This document shows, in pieces, positions 40,232 to 52,720 of a DNA stretch of 64,000 bases; position 1 is the first letter of the stretch, and each line of letters opens with the position of its first letter. Where the stretch lies: the NCBI GenBank assembly GCA_964016885.1, contig OZ024742.1, positions 162,130,001-162,194,000 of the forward strand. Reading direction: 5' to 3'. Below the pieces are notes generated by a model. It was not told the DNA's origin and did not search any database. It was given only the letters and a program-made list of their open reading frames with translations. Source of the DNA: Eledone cirrhosa. Its lineage: Eukaryota. The translations under genes were made by a program, and so were the position numbers.

Positions 40232-41079
40232 ACAGTAGACAGCTTCTGCTATCTAGGTGACCGAATTAGCAGTGGAGGGGGTGTTCTGAAAGTACAGTAA
40301 CCAGGGTAAGAACAGGATGGAAGAAGTTCAGGGAGCTACTACCACTGCTAGTTGCAAAAGGCTTTTCCCTCAAAAGGCAGACTATGATGCGTGCATACGA
40401 ACAGCGATGTTACATGGTAGTGAGACCTGGGCGTTGTGTGCAGAATATTTGCGCAGATTAGAAAGAAATGAAGCTTGCATGCTCCGATGAACGGCAATGC
40501 ATAAATGAATTAAGAGAGAGACTAAGCATAAGAGGAATCAAATGTTGTGTGCAGGAGAGGAGATTGCATTGGTATGGACATGTGATGCGTATGAAGGATG
40601 ACAGTTGCATAAAAAGGTGCAGAGCTCTAAAAGTCGATGGAAGCCTTAGAGTGGAAGAAGACCTGGAATGAGGTGATCAAAACTGACCTTGCCCAATTGC
40701 ACCTCTCGAAGGTGATGACACAGGACTGAGACCTCTGGTGTTACACAGTAATACAGAAGATCTGAGTTCCCATGGGTACAAGCCGAAGCTGAAGTATATA
40801 GACAATATGCCCCCATGTCCCTCCCACTGTAAAGTGGTCGTGTAGGTGTCATGACAAAAAGCACCCAGTTCACACTGTAAAGTGGTCGTGTAGGCGCCAC
40901 GGTAAAAAAAAGCACCCAACACTCACTGTAAATGAGGTTGGTATTAGGAAGGACATCCAACTGTAGAAACCGAGCCAAAATCAGTTCTGTATGAGCCTGA
41001 CCTGGCATTGCCCATAACAGGACAACTCATCAAACCCATTCAAGCGTGGAAGAATGGACGTAAAAAAAAACAGTGATGA

Positions 41080-41083
<4 letters not shown>
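40232..41083 (+). mobile_element. 5'-truncated RTE LINE with long 3'UTR (second copy 49897-50450)
   Basis: MLHGSETW and ERRLHWYGHVMRM, continuing into the 3'UTR and a (GAT)n tail. Confidence 0.8.
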
Positions 41084-41115
<32 letters not shown>

Positions 41116-41485
41116 GCAAAGAGATATAACAAGGCAAACAACACATATTATATCATATTACTGGGGTTACTCTCTGTTGCTATTCTGAGTTTGAATTTCA
41201 CAATAGTGAGGAACTTCAGTAATAAATATATAATATTCTCTACTTTGGTATTTAACACTCCCTTTAAACCCAAATATATGAATATATATATATTAGACCA
41301 TTGGGCTTACAATCGTGTGGTTATGAGTTCAATTCCCTTACTGGGCAGTGCGTTGTGTCCTTGAACAAGACACTTTAGTTTACATTGCTCCAGTTCACTC
41401 AGCTGGAAGAAATGAGTTGCGATGTCACTGGTACCAAGCAGTGTCAACCTTTGCCTTTCTCTTCAACAACATCAGTGGCATGATA

Positions 41486-41536
<51 letters not shown>

Positions 41537-41907
41537 ATGTATGTGTATATATATATATCTGTTGTCTAACCTGATAAGTTTTTTCGTTGTTTTGGTATTG
41601 TATGGTTAGGTTTTGCCTGCCGCAATTTTCAATTTGTCAAAGCTATCTAAACGTAATGTTATTACTCTAAGGACCTACCCTTATTGAGTGCTTTGCTACT
41701 CATTCCTAATTGTAGGTCGACTTTGCTTGGCCGCAGCCAAAGCTTCGATTTTACTAAGCTTCCACTTGTATATATAAGCAAAGAGATATTTAATTTGTTG
41801 GTTATTCAACAAATTTATTTATAACAGATTCGAAGCACTCTACAAGTTTTCTGGAGTATAATATCAATGATATTAATAAATGGAAACTATATTTATAAAA
41901 CCATATT

Positions 41908-41968
41908 TATTTTATTATCTATATTTCAAGGGTACCAAAATTTTGGTACGCTCTCATCAGATAAAATA
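41908..41968 (-). ncRNA. Type I hammerhead ribozyme (intact motif)
   Basis: TATTTTAT-CTGATGA-GAGCGTACCAAAATTTTGGTACCCTT-GAAA-TATAGA-TA-ATAAAATA: 8-bp stem I, long stem II, minimal stem III, AUA site. Confidence 0.85.
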
Positions 41969-41974
41969 CAAAAT

Positions 41975-42060
41975 TTGTTTTATAAATGGTGACATACCCA
42001 ATAAACCAGACCTAACCGATAAGGTCTGGTTTCTTGGGTATGTCACCATTTATAAAACAA
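41975..42060. repeat. 39-bp-arm hairpin next to the hammerhead
   Basis: TTGTTTTATAAATGGTGACATACCCAATAAACCAGACCT, 8-nt loop, then its reverse complement with 1 mismatch. Confidence 0.9.
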
Positions 42061-42469
42061 TCCACATGGAGAAGTATATGAAGGAGAACAAACCGTTAAA
42101 ACATGTTTATTTAAAACAGCACCTATGTATGTTTCGCCTGAAAGGGCTTCTCAAGGGCATAAAAAACTAAAAAGTGTTCCTTACATGACCCAGAATGGGT
42201 TTTAGAGATAAGTTCACATCACAGTTCATTCTTCGCAAAAAACATGTATTGATTTTGCAGTAGGTCAAGGGAGATAACTCTAGCTGGTGTTAGAGCAGTG
42301 TTCCCCAGGCTACTTTTTACCCGTTAGTATTTTGTGGTTACTGCTTTACCATTGTCGATTCACGCAGGGTCAGGGATGCAAGGTTAGTTTCCAGATGTTT
42401 GTTTGCAGCGCTGCCCGCCGGGGTGTTAAGGTTTGGTGCAGGGTGACCCGGTTTACGGTTTTCGCGCCT

Positions 42470-42838
42470 CATTCAAATTCCATCTGGAGTAAGAGATTTT
42501 TAAGCGGGGGGTGCAGCTTTTCACCGTTTCAGCTCTGCTGTTGATGAACTTGTGGGGTGCCATTATGATATGGTAAAGCTCCATGAGGCAAAGCTCGCAC
42601 TTCCTCTTGAAATTGTACGGTGCTGCCCTGCCGACAATTTCCCAGTGCGTGGAGAAGCTGATGTTTGAGTCTTTTAATGCTGTGATGTAATTCGCGAGCA
42701 AAGTGGAGTGTCTTAGTTAATTGTTTGCAAAAGAGTGGAGATGTGTTTGAAATCTATTTTTGAACGGGCCAGAGGTAGCCCCTATATAATGTTTAACGCT
42801 ATTATGGTTAGTTACGGTGCACCTATAAATAACCTTAT
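42470..42838 (-). mobile_element. Penelope-like element GIY-YIG endonuclease fragment
   Basis: Minus-strand translation KVIYRCTV..KHYIGATSGPFKNRFQTH..STLLANYITALKD..WEIVGRAAPYN..KCELCLMELYHI..INSRAE, with an internal stop. Confidence 0.85.
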
Positions 42839-42964
42839 CAATCAGGCAGTTTCCTCTAAGGGGGCAGCATCCCCTGTCACGGCAGTTGCAATTTCGGTCA
42901 CAGCATATATATATATATATACATATATATATGTATCGCTAAAAGCTTTCTCCGATAATGTATT

Positions 42965-43023
<59 letters not shown>

Positions 43024-43479
43024 ATATCAAGGGGGTGTCAGGTGAGGTGTGGGTCTGATGTCCCCTGCTCTCCTTCCAAAGTGCATGCCCAATGCATCAG
43101 CTTCCATTTTCTTGATGTAGAGAACCCCTCTGGACCAGGTTCATTATTTGGGCTTCTTGAGTACCATCCCTAGCAACACTTTTCCATTGGTACCGCTCAT
43201 TTCTGCACAACTTATTACTACATCTTGTCCTAATATTCCTGGCCTTTGTGGAATTGATTAAAGAATATCCTGGTTAATTGATGAACCAGAGTTCAAAATA
43301 GTTTCAAGTGCTTCCACGATCTCTGCAAAATCTCATTTTAGCACCATCAGCAATATAGCCGAAGTTCGTTTCACAACCATAGCTTTGAATCGATGGAAAC
43401 TGTTTGGAAACCTGTTGGTTGAACAATACCTGTAATTAATTCAAAGAACCAGCCTTGTTACACACTGTTTCAAACTGAA

Positions 43480-43850
43480 TCTCCCTGAGAATTATGTTAA
43501 GGGGGTGCACCGAGAGCATGTTAGTTAAAATAAGGATAGAATGGAAGAAGTTTAGAGAACTACTCCCACTTTTGACCATAAAAGGTTTCTCCCTATGTAC
43601 AAAAGGAAGGCTGTATGACACTTGTTGAGGGAGAAGCTGGGTTTAAGAGAAATCCGAGGTGGTGTGCAGGAGAAGACTGCATTGGTATAGACATGTGATG
43701 CGCATGGACAATGACCGATGAGAGAAGAAGTGCTAGGAAATCCCATTTGAAGGAAACTGCAGTAGAGGATGGCTAACAAAGACTTGGGAGCTGACCTCAA
43801 ATAGCTAAGATGGGCAGAGGAGATGACGAAGGAACAAATGGCAACATTTA
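43480..43850 (+). mobile_element. RTE LINE relic (family of 50680)
   Basis: GGAAGAAGTTTAGAGAACTACT and RRLHWYRHVMRM similarity. Confidence 0.7.
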
Positions 43851-44497
43851 TCTTCAAAACTATTGGAAGTCTACTCCATTCTATGATCAGCAGCCATGAC
43901 AGAAGATAAACCACAGCTCTGTGCAATATAAATCTTTCTCAAACCATCAGAAAGAGCCTTGATATCCAACCTATCTTCTGTAAATTGAATCTCAGTTGTT
44001 TTCTATGCCCACCACACACTGGTAGTTTAACCTCTTCAGTGCTGTAGATGAGATAACTCTTCCTAACATGTTTGAACTCTTTTCCACCAGTCATAACTTC
44101 AAAGGTATGAACTCGTTTCCAACCGATCATAACTTCAAAGCTAGATGGGGTTACTAATTTATTGACATGATGTTTGTTAATCATTCAGATATGTGTTGTT
44201 AATAAATGTTTATTTTAAAAAATAGTCATTTTACTGAAAAAAAAAACCAGCACAGCAACTCTAGCTGAGTAAAATATACACAGCAGTCAACAGGTTAAAT
44301 GAATGAGAAGTGACTGGGCTCTAAACCAAGAGCACCACATTACATATAGGGGTCTCAAATTAATATTTTTGCTGCCGTAAATAATATGCAAGGGTCCTGA
44401 TTAAATTTTAAGCCAGAAGCCCCTATACAGTGTTAAACTGCACCTGGCTGTAACAGTGTGCTTGTGCCAAAAAGAGCAAGGTTGGTATGACAGATAA

Positions 44498-44726
44498 AGT
44501 GAGACAAAGAGGACAGGGTCATTATAACATTAGATACAGTGTGACTGAGAGGATAGGGTCATCATAATATTAGCTACAGTGTGACAGAGAGTACAATGTC
44601 ATTATAACATTAGATAGTGTTACAGAGAGTAACAGAGAGGTTTGTTATAATAGTAGATACAGTGTGACAGAAAGGACAGGTTTGTTATAACAGTAGATAC
44701 AGTGTGACAGAGAGGACAGGTTCATT
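44498..44726. repeat. ~40-bp minisatellite
   Basis: GTGTGACAGAGAGGACAGGGTCATTATAACATTAGATACA units. Confidence 0.8.
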
Positions 44727-45880
44727 ACTTAAAAAGAACAGCAAATACTGTCCATTTCTATTGAATTTAGCCTAGCCTATTTTTGTCAGTTACACCAAAC
44801 CAAATATGAGAAATGAAACTTTAACATGGCACTAAAGTCATTAACCGGTAGAAACTTGTCCTTATGAGGATGTTTAAAATGACAGAACATAAGATATCAT
44901 AATCATATATCTTTACTTTATTCACTACCTGACATTGTTGGAACATAGCACTTTATTAAAATATGCCAAGTTCCTTTTCTTCAGATCTATGTCAAGTGTC
45001 ATAATGAGGTCACCTTGACCTTGGAGAAGTTGATAGTTGTTTTACAATGTTAGTTTTATTTGCAAACTCAACACCAAATTATCTACTTTCATTTTTTTCC
45101 TTGTCTCTCAAATAAAAATTATAGCCTTCTCATATTTCTTCAAGGTGTCTCTTCAGACTCAAGAAAGTGAGTTTCACTGAAGGCAGCAATATCAAGGCTA
45201 CTCTATTATTAGGGACTTAGTAAAATAAAAAAAACATTACTTCAGACCTTTCAATGTAGTAAGTTTGCCAACAGAATAATGTACATTCCTATCAATGTTT
45301 CTTGAAGAGCCAGGTGGAACATCTGTCATTTTTATGTGGTATAATCCACCACATAATACAGAGGTGTTGACTCTAATAGCCAAAATATTTTTTTTATCAT
45401 TAAAAAGACAATGTAACTGAAAAACTAGTAACTTTAATACAATTGTTTTTAAATAATGAGCATGAATAGAACTGATTACTACAAAACAAAACCACGTCAA
45501 GTTAAATTATATAATTTAAGAACTACCCTAATTCAGCTATTAATTGGTTAGTTTTTCAGTGTCAGAGTCAATGTTTGACAAAATCTTAAGTTTCATCTTT
45601 CAATTATTGCAATCTATTTCATGTTCAGTTGACAACTGCAACATAACATCAAATCTTCTCTTGATCAAATATGAGCAGCTTAGGAGACTGGTTTTGCATC
45701 TTTAACAAGAATGCTTCAGACTCCCTTTGTTGAAAATGTATATGAGCTTCAAAAGCATTTTCTTTAACTTTTTGGAGGAGAAAAATTTACACAAATTGAC
45801 CACTCAAATATTTTTAGTTCATCAAAGTCTTGAATTGTGATCATCATATTATCTTTGTGTGTCTGAAGATGGAAACAGGA

Positions 45881-46200
45881 AAACACTCCAGATCTGTAGC
45901 TAATACCAAAGGTGGGAATAACAAAACACTCCAGATCTGTAGCTAATACCAAAGGTGGGAATAACAAAACACTCCAGATCTGTAGCTAATATCAAAGTTG
46001 GTAAAAACAAAATACTTCAGATCTGTAGCTAATACCAAAGGTGAGAATAAAAAAACATTCCTGATCGGTAGCTAATACCAAATTTGGTAATAGCAGCACT
46101 CTTGATCTGTAGCTAATACCAAAAATGAGAATAACAACACTCCAGATCTGTAGCTAATAGCAAAGATGTGAACAGCTAAACATTCCAGATATGTATCTAA
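45881..46200. repeat. 43-bp minisatellite, about 7 units
   Basis: AAACACTCCAGATCTGTAGCTAATACCAAAGGTGGGAATAACA units. Confidence 0.9.
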
Positions 46201-46263
46201 TTCGAAATTATTATCATTTTATCTTCCATACTCTGAAACTGCTGAATATCCTGTCTTGCAAAA

Positions 46264-46400
46264 CTATTTTTGCAAAATGTAATTTTGCTGATAAAAGAAT
46301 TTATCATGAAGGTTCATTTTGTTTCCTTGTAATTTGATGTTGAAGATGTCAGAAAGATAAGCAATGTTAGTCATTTTGGTTTTCTGGTTCATCTTCAATT
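46264..46400 (-). mobile_element. Possible hAT transposase remnant
   Basis: IAYLSDIFNIKLQGNKMNL resembles the hAT LAYLxDIF..LQG motif; the match is short. Confidence 0.4.
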
Positions 46401-46559
46401 GGATTGTCATGAACTCTTTACAGGTCCTTTCCATGATGTTATCCACCCATTTTTCCTTCAAATGTCATTGCCTTCTTTCTCTCAAAACTGTTCTATAGAA
46501 GATGATCTTGGTCAATCTGTCAAATCTTGTCATATGATTGTACCATCTCATTTTCCTTT

Positions 46560-46865
46560 TCTTTACAGTGGTTATCGGGTCTTTATAGTTGCCCACATGT
46601 ATCCCACATGCTGCCCACATGTTGCTCACATGTTGTTCACATGGTGCTTGACTGTACAGTGCAGGGGTTAGCAGGTCTCCATAGTTGTCAACATGTTGCT
46701 TGATTGTTCTTTATAGTGGTTAGCAGGTTTTCATAGTTGCCTACATGTTGCCTGGTTGTCCTTTATAGTGATTATCCGGTCTCCATAGCTGCCCATATGC
46801 TGCCTGATTATACTGTACAGTGGTTACCAGGTCTTCATAGTTGCCCACATTCTGCCTGGTTGTTG
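46560..46865. repeat. ~52-bp degenerate tandem repeat
   Basis: AGTGGTTA.C.GGTCT.CATAGTTGCCCACATG units. Confidence 0.7.
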
Positions 46866-47080
46866 TGTAAAAAGCTTTCATTACTTATGTGTGTTGTAGG
46901 AGATTCCCAGGAGATTCTGTAGCATCTCATTTTGACTGCCAGTATTGTCCTCTGGTAATTCTGCTATGAATGTCATTCTGAATAGTAATGCAGAGATCAA
47001 AAAGGCGTTAAAGATAATTTCTCATCAAACTTCAGCATGTAATAAAAAAAATCTCATCTATCTATCTATTTAGAAATCTA

Positions 47081-47133
<53 letters not shown>

Positions 47134-47148
47134 ATATACATATATATA

Positions 47149-47233
47149 TGTAGTAGAGACAATTAACTTTATAAATTGATATATATATATATATATATAT
47201 ATATTAATTTATAAAGTTAATTGTCTCTACTAC
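47149..47233. repeat. Inverted repeat, 28-bp arms around (TA)n
   Basis: GTAGTAGAGACAATTAACTTTATAAATT-(TA)n-AATTTATAAAGTTAATTGTCTCTACTAC. Confidence 0.9.
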
Positions 47234-47332
47234 TTAGACATCTCGATCTAGCTTATATCCCCCACCAAAAAATATTTTGGATTAAGTTTTAATATATTTT
47301 ATATATATATATATATACATATTTATAGTATA

Positions 47333-47808
47333 CTAGCAGTAAAGCCCGGCGTTGCTCAGGGTCGCTCAGTAGCTGTGTTAAAGTTACAATGTTAAGTTTC
47401 TTTTTTGGCTTAAAAACTGTAGGCTCAATGTACAAGTATAGCAATTTCGGTGCAATTCCGTCAGAGATTCTAAGAGGAGATGTGTGCCAAAAATCGATAG
47501 ACAGACAGACAACCAAGCCAGCGTAATTTTTTTAATTTTTGCACGCAGAAAATGTAAACAGAACGTAAGACGCTCAATGTAAACTGAACAAAGGGAAATA
47601 ACTCGTCACTTACGCTCAAAAATCGATACATTAGATTCGATTTCATCACATAGGGTGGGTCAATTTGAAATATTTTTTTTCCGATGTCTTCGCTAGGGCT
47701 CAATGTACAAGTATAGCAATTTCGGTGCAATTCCGTCAGAGATTCTAAGAGGAGATGTGTGCCAAAAATCGATAGACAGACAGACAACCACAGCTTTATA
47801 TATATAGA
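47333..47808 (-). mobile_element. Non-autonomous Helitron, copy 1
   Basis: Minus strand 5' TCTATATATATAAAGC; 3' hairpin CCTGAGCAACGCCGGG then TACTGCTAG; internal ~95-bp direct repeat. Confidence 0.85.
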
Positions 47809-47837
47809 TATATATATATATACATATTTATAGTATA

Positions 47838-48311
47838 CTAGCAGTAAAGCCCGGCGTTGCTCGGGGTCGCTCAGTAGCTGTGTTAAAGTTACAATGTTAA
47901 GTTTCTTTTTTGGCTTAAAAACTGTAGGCTCAATGTACAAGTATAGCAATTTCGGTGCAATTCCGTCAGAGATTCTAAGAGGAGATGTGTGCCAAAAATC
48001 GATAGACAGACAGACAACCAAGCCAGCGTAATTTTTTTAATTTTTGCACGCAGAAAATGTAAACAGAACGTAAGACGCTCAATGTAAACAGAACAAAGGG
48101 AAATAACTCGTCACTTACGCTCAAAAATCGATACATTAGATTCGATTTCGTCACATAGGGTGGGTCAATTTGAAATATTTTTTTTCCGATGTCTTCGCTA
48201 GGGCTCAATGTACAAGTATAGCAATTTCGGTGCAATTCCGTCAGAGATTCTAAGAGGAGATGTGTGCCAAAAATCGATAGACAGACAACCACAGCTTTAT
48301 ATATATATAGA
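47838..48311 (-). mobile_element. Non-autonomous Helitron, copy 2 (tandem, period 505)
   Basis: Near-identical to 47333-47808. Confidence 0.85.
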
Positions 48312-48479
48312 TGTATGGTAATATTGGGGTTTTCCAATATAGAACCTGGAAAAGATGAGAGAAGCTCTATGCTATCCAGTTTCCTTGATACAACAGTAAT
48401 TCAAAATCAGATGAGGACTTTCTCAGCTGTTGGAGTTATCTCTTGACTCTAATACTCTTGAAACTTCTAACAATATTTA

Positions 48480-48565
48480 AATTCCTGAAGATATGTAGAG
48501 CAAGACAGATACCTCGTATGTATCATGGTACAGCCCATTTTCTACATTGAAACATATGTAGAATT
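48480..48565 (+). ncRNA. Type I hammerhead ribozyme (intact motif)
   Basis: AATTC-CTGAAGA-T-ATGTAGA..41 nt..TCTACAT-T-GAAA-CATATG-TA-GAATT: 5-bp stem I, 7-bp stem II, palindromic stem III, GUA site. Confidence 0.85.
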
Positions 48566-48628
48566 AAAGTTATGTTTTAAGTATAACTTGGTTATTCTCT
48601 CGCTATTTGTATACACACACACACACAC

Positions 48629-48747
<119 letters not shown>

Positions 48748-49145
48748 AAATAGCTCTGATTATAGAGTTAATTTAATTATTTTAGTTATCTTGGCTCTTT
48801 TGGTCATCGAGCAAAACTTGTTAAGGCAGACACCACACACACACATATACATATGAATATGTGTGTGTATTTCATTATTATGTTGTCCCAAACTCCCCTA
48901 TGGTCGAGTTAACCACGAGTGTATTAACTGCTTTTTCTAGCAAATACGTGATTCGCTCACTGTCCACCTTACTACCCTTCTGTGACCCCTGTATCATGTG
49001 TTTATCTCTCTTCTCGCCTCTCGAGAAATTCTCACTTGCTACGAAAGAAACAATCCTTTTTTTTTACCACCGTATCACGTGTTTATCTCTCCCTCCGCCT
49101 ATGAGACTTTCTCACTTGCTATAAATGCATCAAGAAACAGTCCTT

Positions 49146-49248
49146 TTTTCTGAGGAGTCTCTTGATAAGCCGCATCAACCTCACAGTGATGATGCACTTT
49201 AAAAGTGCAAAAATCAGTGCACACGGATCGGCGAAACTGCAGTCGGGA
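49146..49248 (+). ncRNA. Type I hammerhead ribozyme with extended stem II and weak stem I
   Basis: TTTT-CTGAGGA-GTC..GGC-GAAA-CTGCAG-TC-GGGA: palindromic CTGCAG and GUC site; stem I is mostly G-U pairs. Confidence 0.6.
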
Positions 49249-49296
49249 CTTTAAAGAAAAAATAGGTACATTTTTGTCTATTATTTCCTCATATTT

Positions 49297-49345
<49 letters not shown>

Positions 49346-49413
49346 GCATACATACATACATACATACATACATACATACATACATACATACATACATACA
49401 TACATACAATATA

Positions 49414-49803
49414 TATAGGAATGAAAAATGGTGTGCTGCGTTGTTGCGAATGTGATACATATGAATTAAAAAATAGAGCAAGAAACCAGGACTATCCGTC
49501 ATCAGTGATCTTCTGACAGGTCAGAGAGGGGGAGTAGCAGAGAGTGAGTGAGTGAAAGTGTAAGGAAGAGGCCAGCCGAGAGAGGGTGACCAGCAGAGAG
49601 GGTGAATGAAAGTAAGAGGTACAAGGAGAGAGAAGGGAGAGAGAGAAAGAGGATAGCAGTAAGGGAATAGAAAAAGAAAGGTCACAGCGAGGGGAAAAAA
49701 CATAGGAATGAAAAATGGCGTGCTGCGTTGTTCCAAATGTGATACATATGAATTAAAAAATAGAGCAAGAAACCAGGACTATCCGTCATCAGTGATCTTC
49801 TGG
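49414..49803. repeat. ~100-bp direct repeat pair (49414-49515, 49702-49803) around a GA-rich spacer
   Basis: ATAGGAATGAAAAATGG..GGACTATCCGTCATCAGTGATCTTCTG occurs twice. Confidence 0.85.
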
Positions 49804-50648
49804 CCATCATCGGTATTTCTTCACATTAAAGACCAGATACCTCAAGCCAGCGCGAACAATAACTAAAATAAGTTATTGGGATATATATATATATATACAA
49901 TGCTGTGTGCAGGAGAGAAGGTTGCATTGGTATGGACATGTGATGCATATGACAGTTGCATAAAAAGGTGCAGAGCAGTAAAAGTCAATGGAAGCCTTGG
50001 AGTAGGGGAGACCCAAGAAGACCTTAGATTAGGTGATAAAAGCTGACCTTGCCCAATTGCACCTCTCAAAGGCGATGACACAGGACCATGACCTCTGGTG
50101 TCACGCAGTAACACAGAAGACCCGACTTCCCACCTGTACAAACCGAAGCTGAAGTATATAGGCAATATCCCCCTATGTCCCTCTCACTGTAAAGTGGTCA
50201 TGGAGGTGTCATGACAAAAAAGCACCCAGTCCACACTGTAAAGTGGTCGTGTAGGCACCACAAAAAAAAGCACCTAGCACTCACTGTAAATGAGGTTGGT
50301 GTTAGGAAGGGCATCCAGCTGTAGAAATCAAGCCCAAATCAGTTCCCGTATGAGCAAGACAAGGTCACCCGACCTGGCATTGCTCACAACAGGACAACCC
50401 GTCTAACTCATGCTAGCATGGAAGACTGGATGTAAAACGGTGATGATGATACATACATACATATATATATATTTTGATAGTCTGCAGTATAGGGATCAGG
50501 AAGACCACAAATCAGAGTAGTACACAATACATAGTATGATGCAGAGAGGATATGTTAGTGAAGTAGAGGATCGACTACAAGTGCAGGTGGCTTTCTGAAA
50601 GATGTAACTAGCCAAAATAGCCTGAGCTCGCAGTCAATCCTCTACTTC

Positions 50649-50679
<31 letters not shown>

Positions 50680-50685
<6 letters not shown>

Positions 50686-51576
50686 CTAGCTAAGACAAAA
50701 GTGTTGATGAGTAGAAAAGAGGACAAAACCCTGATTCCGTCAGGGAAATGGCCATGTTCGATATGCAGAAAAGGAACTGGCATAAATTCTATAAAATGCA
50801 CACAATGCAGGTCCTGGGTACACAAGAGATGTAGCGGGATAGCAGGCAAACTAACAGGTAGGGAGAAATATGTATGCAGTAGATGTACAGGGAAATTAGA
50901 CAGTAGAAGTCGCACTGATAGACACATTTTTCAAATGCGAGAGGGCGCTATAGAAGTGGTGGATAGCTTCCGGTACCTAGGAGATCAGATTAGCATGGGA
51001 GGAGGGTGTTCCGAGGCCATAGTATCTAGAATAAGGACGGGTTGGAAGAAGTTTAGGGAGCTGCTTCCTCTGTTGACGAAGAAGGGTTTCTCCCTGCGTA
51101 CGAAAGGCCGGTTGTATGATGCCTGTGTGAGGAGCGCGATGCTGCATGGTAGTGAGACATGGGCAGCAACCGCAGAGGATATGCGACGGCTGGAGAGAAA
51201 TGAGGCAAGCATGCTCCGTTGGATGTGCAGTGTAAATGTGCGTGAACGACCCAGCATAAATGTGTTGAGAGAGAAACTGTGTCTGAGAGGGATAGAATGT
51301 AGTGTACGGGAGAGGAGACTGAGGTGGTATGGACATGTGATGCGCATGGAGGATGACCGATGGGTGAAGAAGTGCCAGGAAATGCCAGTTGAAGGAAGAC
51401 GTGGTAGAGGTAGACCACGAAAAACATGGGTGGAGGTGGTGAGAACAGACCTCAGATCATTGAAGCTCACGGTGGAGATGACGAGGGACCGTGACGAGCG
51501 GAGAGATGCTGTGCTGAATAAGACCCGTCCCACCCTTGCAAGCAGGGAAAAGCGGACGTAAAATGATGATGATGAT
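50680..51576 (+). mobile_element. Young 5'-truncated RTE LINE (ORF 50701-51561) with a PHD-like finger in the RT C-terminal region
   Basis: CSIC..CTQC..HKRC..CSRC, then FRYLG, LHGSETW, RRLRWYGHVMRM and GRRGRGRPRKTW; (GAT)n tail; inserted after (TA)n. Confidence 0.9.
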
Positions 51577-52360
51577 ATATAATATATAATATATATATAT
51601 CATCATCATCATCATCATCATCAACGTTTAACATCCATTTTTCCAAGCTAGCATGGTTTAGACAAGTTGCCCTGTTGTGAGACAAGTCAGATCAGATGAC
51701 GATCTGTTTCTAGCTTGGTTTCGACAGCTGGATGCCCTTCCTAGCACAAACAACATTTACAGTGTGGACTAGGTGCTTTTTATTGTGGCATCAAGACAGC
51801 CACTTTACAGTTTGGACTGGGTGCTTTTATTTTGTATATACATAGAACAAATTAAGATGACAGATAGAAATTCTTAAATCATTTAATGTTTACAATTGTT
51901 TCAACAGAAAATTTTCATGAAATACATAACTAGGAGAAACAAAATGTAATTAATAATAATAATAACAAAAATGGTTTCTGATTTAGGCACAAGACCAGCA
52001 ATTTTGGAGAGGGAAAGTCGATTAAGTCAATCCCAATATGTTACTGGTACTATATTTTATTGACCCTGTAAGGATGAAAAGCAAAACTAACCTTGGCAGG
52101 ATTTGAACACAGAACATAAAGGGCTGTAATTAAATACTGCAAAGCATTTTATACGATGCTCTACCGGTTCTGCCTGGAGGAATACTAAATATTATATGTA
52201 TATATATATATATATCATCATCATTGGTATTTTAACATCTGCTTCCTCTGTTATGTGTGTGTGTGAATCTACATGCATTTGTGTTCATGTGTAGTTGACA
52301 ACCATATAATTAGTTCCTACTTGTATTATAATATATATATATATCAAGTTTGCAGCCATC

Positions 52361-52429
<69 letters not shown>

Positions 52430-52436
<7 letters not shown>

Positions 52437-52720
52437 TGCAAACACGATTTCGAGTAATGCCATCATTTGATACTTAAGCATGAGCATCACAGCCATGGCA
52501 TTGTAGTCCTTCTAGGGGCTTGCCTATGGCCAACTATGCCATGCATCACAAAAAAATGTCACATATCAAGCGATGCCTGTGCTTGAATCTTTTTTAAGTG
52601 AGGAAATGCCTTGCACACAGCCAATCCCACTCTCTGAACATTGAATGCATTTGCCCAAAAGGAAAAACTGGTCTACATCATTGCAGGTCTTATGTCTGAG
52701 TGACCTTCTCCTAGAGAGAT
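52430..52720 (-). mobile_element. RTE/BovB-like 3' relic
   Basis: Tail GATGGCTGC..TCGAGTA is shared with 58327-58365 and, inverted, with 63135-63163. Confidence 0.5.

Noticed and set aside
43990-44042. Minus-strand CTGAAGA..GAAA
   Set aside because: No UH site or stem I; likely chance.
45241-45322. Candidate minus-strand exon DVPPGSSRNIDRNVHYSVGKLTTLKGL
   Set aside because: Splice signals are weak and there is no recognisable homology; needs RNA-seq.
49414-49803. Tandem hammerheads in the direct repeats (minus-strand CTGATGA)
   Set aside because: No correctly placed GAAA or closing stems in either copy.
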